A DNA stretch of 64,000 nucleotides from NCBI GenBank assembly GCA_030704615.1, contig CM060733.1, forward strand, positions 1,054,001 through 1,118,000, in the 5' to 3' direction. The stretch comes from Takakia lepidozioides. Its lineage: Eukaryota > Plantae > Bryophyta. Positions 1 through 12,549 of the stretch are shown here, piece after piece; within the stretch, counting starts at the first letter, position 1; the number at the start of each line of letters is the position of its first letter. The notes under the pieces are model-generated. The model was not told the origin of the DNA. It was given only the letters and a program-made list of their open reading frames with translations, and searched no databases. Position numbers and translations under genes: made by a program.

Positions 1-9
1 CGGAAATGG

Positions 10-84
10 GCGACCGCCAGTTCTGGCGGTCGCTTATTTTTTTATTTTCCAAAAAATCGAGCGACCGCCAAGTTGGCGGTCGCT
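10..84. repeat. Two GCGACCGCC-N5/6-GGCGGTCGC palindromes, same motif as the array at 40303-40775
   Basis: gcgaccgccagttctggcggtcgc and gcgaccgccaagttggcggtcgc, separated by AT-rich DNA. Confidence 0.85.
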
Positions 85-452
85 TCTAGAATATTCGCCC
101 TGCACGTGGCCCGAAATAAGGGGTGGGGGGGATATAAGCCAAGGGAGGCTTATTCTCCCCTCACTTCCTCTCCACACAACTTCTTTGTTCGTGACATTTC
201 ATTATTCCACGACGACGTAGTCACGTGGAGAAGGAGGCCATTGGTTGGGTGGGAGGTATTTTTTGCCGCGATTTCTATGAGATCGTTGCAGAATGCTCCT
301 ATAGGCCCTCTTGGCTTCCAGGATCATTTTATTCTACAAAATTAGCTTTTATGAAGTATTTTGACACCTACTCAAACCTACTTAACGGGGAAAGGGTTTA
401 GAGTTACGTCTTTTTAGAAAACTTCGTTTAGTGTTGCTCTGATTGTTGTAGA

Positions 453-1753
453 ATGGCGGAGGGCCAGGACGATGACCGTCATGGAAGAGATGACCCCAGT
501 GAACATGGACCGCCCCCTAAGAAAATCAAATGGTTAAGGCAAGACTTGAATTGGGAAGTATTTGGTGACCCTAACATACTAGCAGAAGAGGGCTAGGAGG
601 ATGTTCCGGAAGAGTTCCGGTGGCCGATGGCGAGATGCAAAAAATTCGTGAAATGGTATCACATCAATCGATTGTGGCCTTTGGATAGGCATGATGTGCA
701 AACCCGAAACAATTACGCAGAAACCAGGTCTTGCACGAACGATCATTTCCAGCATAGGGCGAATGAGGTGCAATTGCACATTGTGGGGTCAACTCTCTAA
801 AGGGTCAAATCCCATACACCTTGGCAGCCATATTGTACGTGGAGGACATACTCTTGCGTCCAGTGAATTGCCAAACTGATAGTAGGAGGAACGCAAGGTT
901 GCTATACGATTTGGAATACATCCCGGACACGTTCGGAATACAACCGGCTGCAACGTTAAAAGAACAACTAGCGGAAAGAGACCAGCGAATCAGGACCCTG
1001 CAGGACCGACTAGACTGGCAAACACTGCGCATAGCCGAATTGGAAGCTACATTGCAAGACATGTCTCCAAACAATGAAGGCACTATTGTCCACAATTGAG
1101 GATCGAACAACGTCGTGGACATGGACGCGGAGTTGCGATACCCGATCGCAGTATTGACCTCATCATTCAGGAAGTTACGGACGTCCTTCCTTGTTGTGGC
1201 GATGATGCCGATAAACCATGATTAAGACAACGAGTTGCGGATGAGGAGAGAAGGACGAAAGGAAAAGAACCAGTACTGGAAACCAATGAAAAGGAATGCG
1301 TAATTGGGGGGGGGGGGGGATCGAGGGTCGTCATTCAATCGGAGATGACCCATAGATGTCGACCGCGTTACAAAGGAGCGGGACATTGTCATGGCAAATA
1401 CATGGCGCTTATCCAAAACGCTGGAGATTCAGGCATGGGTCCCATTGAATGGCGATGGGGAGAATTGGGTACAATGGGCGACCCATTTTGCCTCCAGAGA
1501 AGCACAGGTAGAGCGGGCACTGTCAGACTTGCAACGTGTCGCACGCATGTCGAACCGTAGCGTGGATAGCATTTATGCCAACATGCAAAGGTATAACGAT
1601 CTCCGCATCGCATCAAGCGTGTTCGCCGGGTATACCAATTGGGCAGATGTGGATTCTATGTTCGATCGATGTGAGCACAGAATTTCGGGGTTGAACAGAA
1701 GCATAAACTGGGAATTGGAGATAGAAGAAGAATGGGCACCACAAGAAGGATGA
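453..1753 (+). pseudogene. Decayed cargo ORFs of unknown function (coiled-coil segment at 821-1099; ORF 1391-1753)
   Basis: Protein-like reading frames broken by stops and frameshifts, between the hairpin motifs and the RING ORF; no recognisable domain. Confidence 0.3.
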
Positions 1754-2820
1754 CCAGCCACATCAAACCGGTCCAGAGGGAGGAGATACCACGAGGCATT
1801 TTGCCGTCATGGATATCAGATGGCACAGTTTGTTCGATGTGTAGGAATCCATACGGCCCAGAGGGATGTCATGTGCTTGGATCATGTGGACATATGTTTC
1901 ATCTCACATGTCTTATCCCGCAAGCCTTGCGGACGAGCGCTTGCCCAGAATGCCATACACCAATCCATCGCCGTTTCTATGAACTGGTGGGCTTGGAGGA
2001 TCAGATGCCCATAGGTTGTGAATACAATCGACACAACCTCCCATTGGATGTGCTACCATACACATTTCTGAATTGTGTGCATTGGGGCAAGAACTTGGTA
2101 TGGGATGAAGACAGAGAGATGCATGGCATACATGCCGGAAACCCAGCATACATCAAAGATCCCCAGTATTTCTAGGTCACATCTGATTGGGAGATAACCA
2201 TACGTGCGGGAGGTATTCAATATTGGTGGGAGAGAGAGCAGTTTTGTCGCAATCTGGGAGGGCATTGGAGTCAAAGAAGGTCCAGGTTTATCCGGTTCCC
2301 ACATGTTCTATGGGTGCCGGAGGAGAACGAATTGTATGACCGACAACCGATTGGGAGACATTTGTTGATGTCCGAACTGGAAGATGCTATAATATGTCAA
2401 CGCCGAATGAATGATGCGTACGAGGCGGCTTATCGATGAAACGACACAATGATTAGGGACAGGGCCCGCGAGAGGCAGTTGGAAAGTTTCAAAAGTACCA
2501 TCAAGGCAGTTGTAGAGAAATGGAGGCGATTATGGACAGACCATTATCATCGTATTTCGGGGGCTGTATTGCCGGATGTGGACGGCCTCGTTGCTGATTT
2601 GCATGCAGCCCGAGCACTTGTTCACGATCCACCTCCGCCACGTCGTGAGAGTGAAGAAGAAAGTCAACTTTCGCCGCGAAGTAGGCGGATGCAGGCCAGA
2701 ATTGATCACATGCCATTGGGCCCCTCATTGACCACGAGATCGCGGTCGCAAGCTCTGGCAATTGGCAATGCAAATCAGGCCACAACATCAAATTCCACAT
2801 CCTCGGACAGTGACGACTAG
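1750..2820 (+). pseudogene. RING-H2 zinc-finger protein (transposon cargo), interrupted by stops/frameshifts
   Basis: CSMC...CGHMFHLTC...CPEC is a C3H2C3 RING-H2 pattern; protein-like sequence continues past the TAG at 2173-2175 towards ORF 2449-2820. Confidence 0.7.
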
Positions 2821-3159
2821 GCTTTGAATGACTGGCAACATAGTACATATACAATATGCATTTTTGTTGTACCTTGAATATAGTTGGAAAACACAGTGAT
2901 GACATTCCGCCAAGTTTGTATATCACCAATTTTGTTAATACACAATGCACATGTGCGGCACTTGTCAATTTCAATTGCATGAGCAACCAAACTCCGAAAG
3001 CTGGAGAACAAGGAAAATTGATGTTATCAAATAAATTATAACGAGTTACGAACAGTCCTCTTCCAAACAAATTTCGCCTGGTCCTTGCGTATTTCATAAT
3101 CATTTCGCAAAATCTATGATCTTTCTACGAACATACCCACAAAGTTCTCAAAGCACAGA

Positions 3160-3510
3160 ATAATTTCGATTGATCTTATATTACACTGGGACATATCAGA
3201 GGGTACATTGAACACACTGGCCAAGTTTCAAAGCGAACGAAAATCATTTGGATGGGCAACCATCCGTTGGCCCATTGAACGAATTTCGATTGATCTCATA
3301 TTACTCTGGGGCCTCTTACATGGCACATTGAACATAGTGGCCAAGTCTCAAAGTGAACCAAAATCATTTCGATGGCCAACCATCCGTTGAGCCATCGAAT
3401 GAATTTCGATTGATCTGATATTAGTCTGGAACCTGTGAGAGGATGTCTGGAACGTGCTGGCAAAGTTTGGAAGCTAACAAAAATGATTTGGATGGGCAAC
3501 CATCCGTTCA
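3160..3510. repeat. ~120-bp tandem repeat, block 1 (CACTA subterminal type)
   Basis: Unit aatttcgattgatct...ggccaagt(t/c)tcaaag...ccatccgttg recurs at 120-bp spacing (~3165, 3285, 3405). Confidence 0.85.
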
Positions 3511-4174
3511 CCTGTTGAATGTATTCTGTTGGAGCTGCTATTGCTTTGGGACCTGTTGGACTGTGTTTTCGCGTGCTCACGATTTTTTTTTCATTCTATT
3601 TTTGAATGGGGCGTGTAATGTAGCCATATGCAACATGCATGCCAAATTTGGGAGCGATCAAAATTCATTTGGACCCAAAACCACAGTTTCTTCCCTGTTT
3701 TGCACTCTAAACTTGATTTGTGTTCTACTTCATGCACGCTTCATAAAAAGTTCTGCAATAGTGAGCAAAAAGAACACTTTTCTTTTTGGGGCATTTTTGA
3801 TTGGTCCAAATTTTGGCGGGGGAGTAGCCGTGGAATGCTGGAAGCTGCAGAATAAAATTGAGCAAAAAACAAAATCGATACGTGCCAAAAACCCCCACTG
3901 AAAGGCAGTGCAAACCTATTTATTGGCTTAAAATAATTTAAATTCAATTAAATTGTGGAATGGCTTGAGGGGGGAGCGCGTCGATGGGGAGGCAAATGAT
4001 TTATTCGTCTGTTGTGTCTCCGCACATGTGTCGCACACATGTTCAAGCACATGCGGGCAAAAGAGGGGCTTCAACCACATCCGTTCAATGGGTACAATAG
4101 CCGTGCACGCATTGTAGGATTTCTTTTTCGCATTGAACAAAAACCAGATGACAAGTGAACGCCTCATTGGACAA

Positions 4175-4590
4175 TCGAACGATTTTTGATTGATCTCGTA
4201 TTACACTAGGACGTATCAGAGGGTACATTGAACACATTGGCCAAGTTTCAAATCGAACGAAAGTCATTTGGATGGGCAACCATCCGTTGGCCCATTGAAC
4301 AAATTTCGATTGATCTCATATTACTCTTGGGCCTCTTACATGGCACATTGAACATAGTGGCCAAGTCTCAAAGCGAACTAAAATCATTTCGATGGCCAAC
4401 CATCCGTTGAGCCATCGAATGAATTTCGATTGATCTGATATTAGTCCGGGACCTAATACATGGTATGTTAAACATAGTGGCAAAGATTGAAAGCAAACGA
4501 AAATCATTTGGATGGGCAACCATTCAATCGCCCATTGAATGAATGGGGTTTCGTCTTTGATTATACTGGGACCTGTCATATGGTATGCCC
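4175..4590. repeat. ~120-bp tandem repeat, block 2 (duplicate of block 1, ~1020 bp downstream)
   Basis: Same unit at ~4185, 4305, 4425 and degenerate at ~4550; ORFs 3208-3390 and 4228-4410 translate almost identically. Confidence 0.85.
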
Positions 4591-5609
4591 TTTGAAGCTC
4601 TTTTTGTAGTGTCTCCTGCCTCGTAATGCGGTGCTTTTCCATGTCCACTTTATCCAATATGTTAATATTCTCCACCTGGAACAGATCCACATATGTGTGC
4701 AAAAATCCTTAAAAAACAAATGACCATCTCAACTTTTATAAGCCTCATCCCCAGCTTCCAGTTTTGATGGTCATTTGGTTTTTTAAGTTATATACGCATG
4801 TGTGGATATGTTCCAGATGAAAGATATTAACATTGGAAAAATAAGAGTTGGAGAAGCAAGAGACATTACAGAAGACCTCAACACGTTGAACATCTGGATG
4901 AAGAACCTTGCCCATCGTCGCTTCAAAGTTCTAGCGCTTCTGAAATGATCATATGTTTGTTGGTGGAAGCAGATCTTGTAGGCCACATTGATCTCGTACC
5001 CATCGAAGACTCCCGTAGGCTACATGGAACGGTTCATGTGATACATTTTCACAAATGTAATGTGATACATTTGTGAAATGGTATCACATCAACCGTTTAA
5101 TGTGGCCAATGCACGTCTTCCGCACCATGGCAGAAATGTTCGCCACTTGAAAGCACAAACACAAATAATCCGTGCAAACAATATCAAGAATCATATGTAA
5201 TGCAAGGTGTTTCATACTACCGATGTTCATGTAGCAGAATTATTTAGGAATCGTTTTGCTACTCCCATGCCAACAACATCAGGTCCACTGCAACTGCCAT
5301 ATTCCGAATTCCATATCAGCCACCACGGACATAAAACCAGGAACTTCGCACAAAATCTCCAATTCATTCAATTTATGGTGGGCCATGGCTGCAGCCTGCA
5401 AGCTGGCCGGGGTGGCTGATACGTCCGTTTGAACATGACAGTCTCAGAGGACGTTGGCATGAGAATAGCAAAAAGAGTACTACAGAATTCAGCTAGAGGA
5501 ACAACAATAGCATGAAACACCTTACCGTAAATATGATTGTTGACATTGGTTGTGACAGCTCCAATCAATAGAGAACTCGCACCATCAGTTGCGCTCCAAC
5601 AGCAGTATC

Positions 5610-6165
5610 GGTCCCCCGAGTAAATAAAATTCCGTTGTAAATAAGAAATTGCATACGCTCGAACCTCACAAATGTCATTTCAACAAAACCGGCCGTGTAT
5701 TGTGGCACTGTTTGTAACTGCGAATGTTTCAATGTTTCTGACAGGGTACTGAGAAAATGATATATTGGATCCATAGGAGTTGGACAACAAACGTTTCATA
5801 TCTCATTCAACTGTGCGATACTACCATGAGTGACATGGATAAAAAAGTAATAGGTGTACATGCGACCTCCGCACGTTTAAGTAGAGACCTAATATCAAAC
5901 GTTCGGAGGTCGCATGTGCACCTATTACTTTCCGATCCATGCCTCTCATGGTAGTGTCGCACAGTTGAATGAGAGGAGACATTTGTTGTCTAACTGTTAC
6001 GGAACTAATACATCATTTTCTCATAACCCTATCCAAAACCTTGGAACATTACAAATATAAACAGTGAGCCAGTACACAAACCATTTATGTTGCGATGACA
6101 GGTGTCAGGGTCGAGCATATGCAATGTAGTATTTACAATGGGACTTTATTTATTACATGCACGAT
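5610..6165. mobile_element. Foldback/MITE-like long imperfect inverted repeat centred near 5885
   Basis: ctcattcaactgtgcgatactaccatgag (~5802-5830) vs ctcatggtagtgtcgcacagttgaatgag (~5945-5973); inner aggtgtacatgcgacctccg / cggaggtcgcatgtgcacct; outer arms ~5623-5670 vs ~6103-6152. Confidence 0.75.
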
Positions 6166-6494
6166 CAAAATTGAGTTATGTCTTCATAAAAGAATCATTA
6201 TACCGCTAGAAATGTTATATCTACGAGACTATGGTCTACTCCGTCCTATATACGTCTTTCGACTCAGGCCAATTGAATGGCTTGCCCATGAACCGAAGTA
6301 CTACATGGGCTAATGTGACTCTCTCATTCTTGTTGTTGTCGTACAACCTTTGTAGCATCGAATGCCAACAACCTCCCGTAAATTGGTCCTGGAACATACT
6401 TTGATCATAAATGAACGTCGTCATTTATTCGTACCGCTATCTTCCCAACGGCAAAGGCCTCCGACGTTATGTCCTGGGGGGGGGGGGCAGGGGG

Positions 6495-6760
6495 CATTCG
6501 CATTGAAAACCGATGCATGGAAAATTAAGATGGAGTTCATTCTTCATGAGAAAGATCTCTGGGAGATAACATCAGGAGAAGCGATTGCACCAGTTCAAGT
6601 GCAACCTGAAGATGGAGAGATCGTAGCCGCATGGATCACTCCTGAGCATCGACTTCTTGAGAAGAAAAATAAATCAGCTCGAGGAATTATGTTGTTGACT
6701 GTGGTTGATTCAATACTTCATCATGTTGCACATGCTAAAACTGTTAAAGAAACATGAACC
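6495..6760 (+). mobile_element. Ty1/copia gag N-terminal fragment
   Basis: AWKIKMEFILHEKDLWEIT...ARGIMLLTVVDSILHHVAHAKT is a typical copia gag N-terminus. Confidence 0.75.
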
Positions 6761-6789
6761 CAGTCAAGTTGCGTTGCGTTGCAAACGAG

Positions 6790-8264
6790 AAAATCATATC
6801 TTTGGTAGAAGTCGGGCCGCCATATCCACGACTTCGAGCAACAGCACATTGAAAGCCTGAACATATCCCCGAATGTCATCCGTTTGCTTCAAATTCCTCA
6901 TTTTGTCCTGGGCGACCCAGGACTCGTTGAGGGCCACAAACTGTCTTTTCATAAGTTCCTTAATCCCACTCCAGCTCAAGGTTTCTGGGTTTGGACCTTG
7001 GTCATGAAGGCATTTCTGTCACCATTGTTGAGCATAGCCCCTCAAATAAGTGGGAGCCACTTCCACCCGATCCTCGTCACTCAACTTGGCCGCTCGGAAG
7101 TACTGCTCCAGCTCCAAGTGTGTTGAGTGCCTTCTGATTTCAGACGCCCTCGAAGGTGCCGGGTTCCTTAGGCTTCACCTTAAACTTTGCATTAGTGGAA
7201 GTGGCATTAGCCGCCATCATCACGTCTTTCAACGTCCCGCCAAACTGCGCCAGCAACCCTTCCCAAAAGGCTGCTGGCATGGGAGGCATCTGTTGGTCTG
7301 CCGGAGCCTTCGGGAAGTCCTTGGGCTCCGACTCCCCAGATTCCTCCCGTTCTTGAGCGGCCTTGCTTTCAGAAGCATAAATCGCCTCTTCCAATTTCCG
7401 CTTCGGTGACACGTCGCTCACTTCGCTCACCAGGATCATCACCTTTCGGGTCGTTCTGCTTTCGCTTTGTCTTGCCCGACCCCATGATGAGGCCGATCTC
7501 AAGGACGATCGCGTACTAAACTCTAAGCTCTGATACCAAGTGTCGCGCATCTCACTTCGGTAAGCTCTCATTTATGCCATAGTTACTCGCTTTGATGCGC
7601 GCGTCTAACTCCCAAACTGACCGCCGAGCCAACTCGGAGCTTCGGCTGCTCACTGGGACATAACGGTCCCCCTTTGCTCCTCCACAAGACCCTCGCTCAC
7701 TTTGGGCCTAGTGGAAATTCCCTTTGGTTATTGGCAGTCCGGAACAACTCCCCACACCTTGGTCGCTTTCCGGCTCACACGCTTACTCACTAGTTCTTGG
7801 TCACCAACGGGCTTGCACCGTTCTCGGGGTTACTACTCCCTATATATACTTCTGTGACTATCTGCAGGGGTTTCACAAACAACCCAGTCATTTTATGGCG
7901 AACCACCACGAAGACCCTCGATTCCCGGTGATGAGTCGCGGTGAGTCTTGGCCCACCCAGCATGGCCCCATTGGACCGTGATGAGTCCCAAGACTCCCCA
8001 CGACTCCCACCACAAGGTGTCCGCCCCATGGTGAGTCCTATGCCACCCCTACTAAGACCCACTAAGCTATCACCACCCCTCGTGGAACCACCCCCACCGC
8101 AACCCGAGTGCGGGGCTCCACCTAGTGAGCGCCTCCGCCTTCTTGAGTGCCTTGGGCACTCAAGGGTGCTTCAGCCCCTGTACCTATTGTTGCCACTGCC
8201 CCCACCACAGGGACAGCCCCTCTTATGTCCCGACCCCCTGCCCTCAAGGCAAAGGGCTGCGACA
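6790..8264 (-). mobile_element. 5' fragment of a Ty3/gypsy element (LTR 7541-8264, PBS, gag remnant) lying between the copia gag and RT remnants
   Basis: LTR bounded by TGTCGC (7541) and GCGACA (8264); PBS TGGTATCAGAGC on the minus strand at 7527-7538; gag-like KVKPKEPGTFEG and WSGIKELMKRQF...LKQTDDIRGYVQAF. Confidence 0.8.
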
Positions 8265-8359
8265 CCCCGGCTCCGTGTAGCAAACAAAATGATTTCCGGT
8301 CTAGATCAGCTACCTATATCCCTAACAGGAATGGTGACCCACGGCCATGGTGATGGTAC

Positions 8360-9240
8360 TAAAGATTATGCACAAGTTCAAGGAGTGGACTATAATGAAG
8401 CCTTCTCACCAGTGGTAAAGATTTCTTCTATTAGAGTGTTGTTAGCTCAGTTTGTGATCACGAAGTTCATCATGGAACGGATCATGGAAGTTCATCATGG
8501 AATGGATGTTAAGACAACATTTCTGAATGGAAAACTACAAGAAGAGATCTACATGAGACAACCTGAAGGGTTTGTACAAGGAGGAAGTGATATTTTGTGT
8601 AAGCTGCAAAAGAGTTTGTATGGACTCAAACAAAGTCCTCGAGCTTGGTATGCCAAGATTGATAGGCAAAATTTAAGCGAAGCATTGCTGACACAAATAT
8701 CTATGTGAAAAAGATGGGAGAGCAATTTGTGGTCATAGCTCTATATGTGGATGACACAATCATTGTCACCAACGATCGTCAAAGGTTGTTGCCACAAACC
8801 AAAGCACTAATGAGTGCTGAGTTTGCCATGACTGACATGGGTGAGATTCGGTTCTATCTTGGTATTCAAATCTGCAGAGATTGAGTGAACCACACAATAT
8901 TTATGCATCAACGACAATACAGTGAGACCATTCTACAGAGGTTTAAATTGGAGATGAGTAAGCCAACGTCAACTCCTCTCGAAGTTCATTTGAAACTTAC
9001 GAATGATATGACACCTAAGACTGTAGGAGGATATGAAGAAGACTCCTTATCAAAGCGCAGTTGGCAGTTTAATGTACTGCATGGTTTGTACTAGGCCAGA
9101 CATTGCACATTCAGTGGGAGTGGTTTCACAATTATTTTCAGATTCCGGACAAACCCATTGGAAAGCAGTGAAGGGGATATTTCGATATCTAAGAGGAACA
9201 TCAACCTCTGGTCTACTCTACAAGAGAGTGGAAGGGCCTT
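8360..9240 (+). mobile_element. Ty1/copia reverse transcriptase pseudogene
   Basis: YAQVQGVDYNEAFSPVVK, MDVKTTFLNGKLQEEIYMRQPEGF, SLYGLKQSPRAW, LYVDD (~8741), YQSAVGSLMYCMVCTRPDI; frameshifted. Confidence 0.9.
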
Positions 9241-9759
9241 TCAGCAACTTTGACCTACCGACGTGGCAGGATATGGGTGGTTGTACCAATGAAAATTCAT
9301 TTTGCATGTAGATAGGTTAGAAAATTCATCTATGCATGTAGATACGTTAGAATTCTTCCAAAAAATTTGTGGTAGTGAGTTTCCATGCAAGGAACAATAT
9401 GACCATAGGAATTCACCTTGTGATGAAAATTTGGACACATTTAAGGCAGATTTGGGGTCAATTGTAATGGATGGTCTTTTTGACCCACCAATTTTCCCAT
9501 ACAAAGCAACCCTCATGTGGTTTTGGAATTTGGTTCTGGAATTTTGGCCCAAGGTGCTGTACATGCCAGGCAATTAGAATCTGGGTATGCTGTATCAATG
9601 AAAATTCATTTTGCCAGGCCAATTGCTTGGTCAAACCATTTTTTCACTCCAAAACTAGAGCACAGTAAACATTTACAGCTTGCATTTTTTTATAATCTTC
9701 GTAGTGACACGGCGAAATCAACTGAAATATTTCCAGTAGGTTCCTGAAGTAGGTAGGAT

Positions 9760-10365
9760 CATCCCCCAGGATGTTTGTCAAATGTCAGATATGCCCCCTC
9801 AAACATGAGGGCATAGACGTCCTATGGAGAGCAGCACCATATCCTCAGTGACGCACAAGAGGGATTTAGAACTGCAAGAAGTACAACTAGACAAATCCAA
9901 CTCATTATCTCTGCCCTTGAGGATGCACGATATACACATCAAGATATATACTTATTATACATTGACTTTAAAAATGCGTTTGGCTCCATTGACCATGCCC
10001 GCATGCTCTGTGTCATGTTCGATCTCGGATATCCGACAGATGTAGTGATGCTCATTGGTAATATATACACAGATAGCACCACCATTTACTCGGGTCCCTC
10101 ATTTGGAGATACATCACCTATACCAATCAATAGAGGCACTATAGAAGGTGACACACTCAGCCCAAATGGTAATGTATTTTTGGAGCCTCTTCTCAGATGG
10201 CTGGCCTGAGGAAACCTCAGATACCAATACATTACCTCACCAAATAATGTCCCAACAGCTGCTTATGCAGACGACTTCGTTTTACTCTCTAATAAAGCCA
10301 CACATCTTAACCGGCAAATTAGAAAATTGGAAAGATTCAATACATGGGCGGCAATGGAACTAACA
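9760..10365 (+). mobile_element. Non-LTR retrotransposon RT fragment
   Basis: YIDFKNAFGSIDHARML, RGTIEGDTLSP..FLEPLLRWL and AYADD (10261-10275) in frame, with an in-frame stop. Confidence 0.85.
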
Positions 10366-11299
10366 AATCTCAAACCAGTTGTTTGGCCCTACTGCCATAG
10401 TCTATGAACCGCACCTGCATGCATATATGACAGAAGAAATTATGGATCAAATCCGTGCATCGCCTACCTGACAGAGCAATGAACCACCTTGTAATGAATG
10501 TGCAGATTTATAGAATGTGAGAGCGCCTTTGTTATGGCAAAAGAAAGTAAGAAAAGACTCGGTAGTTACAACTTGTGACCATTCAAATGATAAGACGGTA
10601 GGATATGACCTTGCACGCTGTTTTATTTTATTTTATTTTATTTTTTATTTTACCCCTGGGCAGTTTAAGTTATCAATACAACGGTTATGGATGCTTAGAT
10701 GACCTATAGACAGCCTCATGAGCCCTATTTTGGATCCCTCTCTTTTAGATAGACATATAATTCACTAATATTGTCCCAAATACAATTTTCTTAGAGTCAT
10801 TTTAAAGCCCATCTTGTCAGTTTTGTTATAGACTTTGAACGGATCAAATCCGTAAAAACTTCACCCTACAGAGATGAAAACGTCCTTAAATGTATGGTCA
10901 TAGGCCCCTTTATCCAATGTTAATGAGGCTTTGGGAGTTTAAGGGATGTGGCCGCCAACCACTACAACAAATGGGGGGGGTTTGCGACGCCAACCGCGCC
11001 CCCACGCCCCGCGCGGCGCCGAGCGTGCGACGCCAACCCCGCGGAGCGTGTTTGCGACGTCGGGCCGTCGCAGCCAAACCCCGCGGGTCGCCACCTGGCG
11101 CCGGGGTCAGGCGTCGACGCCTGGCCGTCGCACGGGCGGATGAAGGGCAGCAGGCAACCCTTCCGTGCCCTTTCTTTCATCGCAGCCCTTTTTTGCGACG
11201 CCCGGCCGTCGCATGGTGGCATGAAGGGCAAAGGCCCTTGCGACGCCCGGATCATCCTCTTCTACCCCCTCTACCCAACCTCCATCATCAGCATCATTA

Positions 11300-12290
11300 T
11301 AACCAGTCTCTCCGTCCACCGCAATTACCTCACCCCATGGAGATCCGAGACCATAATAGATACGTCTTCTTCTTGGCTGAGCATGCACAACCACCTTCCA
11401 ATTCCCCCCTCTTGTTTTGTCATCGGAGAAGAAAACTTGCTCTATGTCTGAAGGCCGTGAAAAAAGCTCATCGGAGGGACGATGAGTAGGGTTGAGCCTA
11501 TCTGCATTGACGTGCATGAAACCACAATCATCTTGCACTAGTGTTGCGGAGGGCCCCACAAGATGTGGCTGGAACCACCTTCCCTTGAAGAGAAGAGGCC
11601 GATACCTTGTATACTGAAGTTGGAGTATGCTCTCAATCTCTCCAATGTACTCAAGTTTTCTCATAGCAGGTCGTGTATCTCCCTTGCCCCACACAGAGTC
11701 TTGCCAATATGTGGCACACAAGCCAGAATCAAAGGTTGTTTTGTGCTTCATGTCAAGAGCACGAATGCAAAAATGACGACCGTGAACCCAAACCGACATA
11801 TATGAAGTCGCGAATTGAGAGGGGCCCCTTGCAATGTCTTGCACCAAATCTGAAACCACATCTCCTTGAGCAACGGCGTATAAACTGAAGTCCGAAGCCA
11901 CTGTTGGAATGAACTTAGAGGCTGCAATTCCATGGGCAAATTTTGTGACGGAACATTCCGGTGGCCCGCTCCTCGTCGTGGGCGTCTAGTAACCGGCCTT
12001 GGATGGTTCCGCCTTCATGCAAGCGTCTCCTCCTCTCATTGCTGAACAAGATTATTCTGTCTTGCCTCCCAATCATGTATGGATGGGGTGTTCTTCAGTA
12101 TGAAGTCATGCGCTTGCTCAATCACCAAGGTCGGCAATTTTACCCTCTTCAATTTTTTGGGCAAAACGATGTCATTGGTTTGTGCATCCTCCTCTTCCTT
12201 CCACATCCGAGGGGCTTCCTTATCCACCCCTGCCATGTACTCCGTGTCCAAGGGAAAAAGGTACCACGCAAGGTATAAGCGTCATTCCCC
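11300..12290 (-). pseudogene. CACTA transposase C-terminal region (DUF4216-like)
   Basis: TTFDSGL...YIGEIESILQLQY...LFKGRW...DDCGF...QVFFSDD...WKVV. Confidence 0.8.
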
Positions 12291-12549
12291 CTCGCATGAA
12301 GATTACTTTCTTTAATCTTCTCAATGTATGTAAAGTGTATTTCACAAAGTTTAGGGTTTAGAGAGTAGTACTCATGCAAGATCTGATTGTGGTTTTGGAA
12401 GGAGTGAGTGAGGAGTGGAAGGAGCGACGTTCGGTTTTGACCATTCACACCCAAATGAGGGAGAGGCTGCATAAAATGAAAGGCATAAGGGTGTTGTATT
12501 ATGTGTGCTAATGGGATGATTACGGGGGCGTGAGGTATTTCATCCTAGA

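Larger units (their letters stand above)
1..4611 (+). mobile_element. Right-hand part of a CACTA (En/Spm) DNA transposon carrying decayed cargo ORFs
   Basis: Ends in ...CTCTTTTTGTAGTG at 4611 (reverse complement CACTACAAAAAG, a canonical CACTA terminus), preceded by 120-bp subterminal repeats. GCGACCGCC hairpin motifs occur at 10-84. The left end lies outside the window. Confidence 0.7.
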
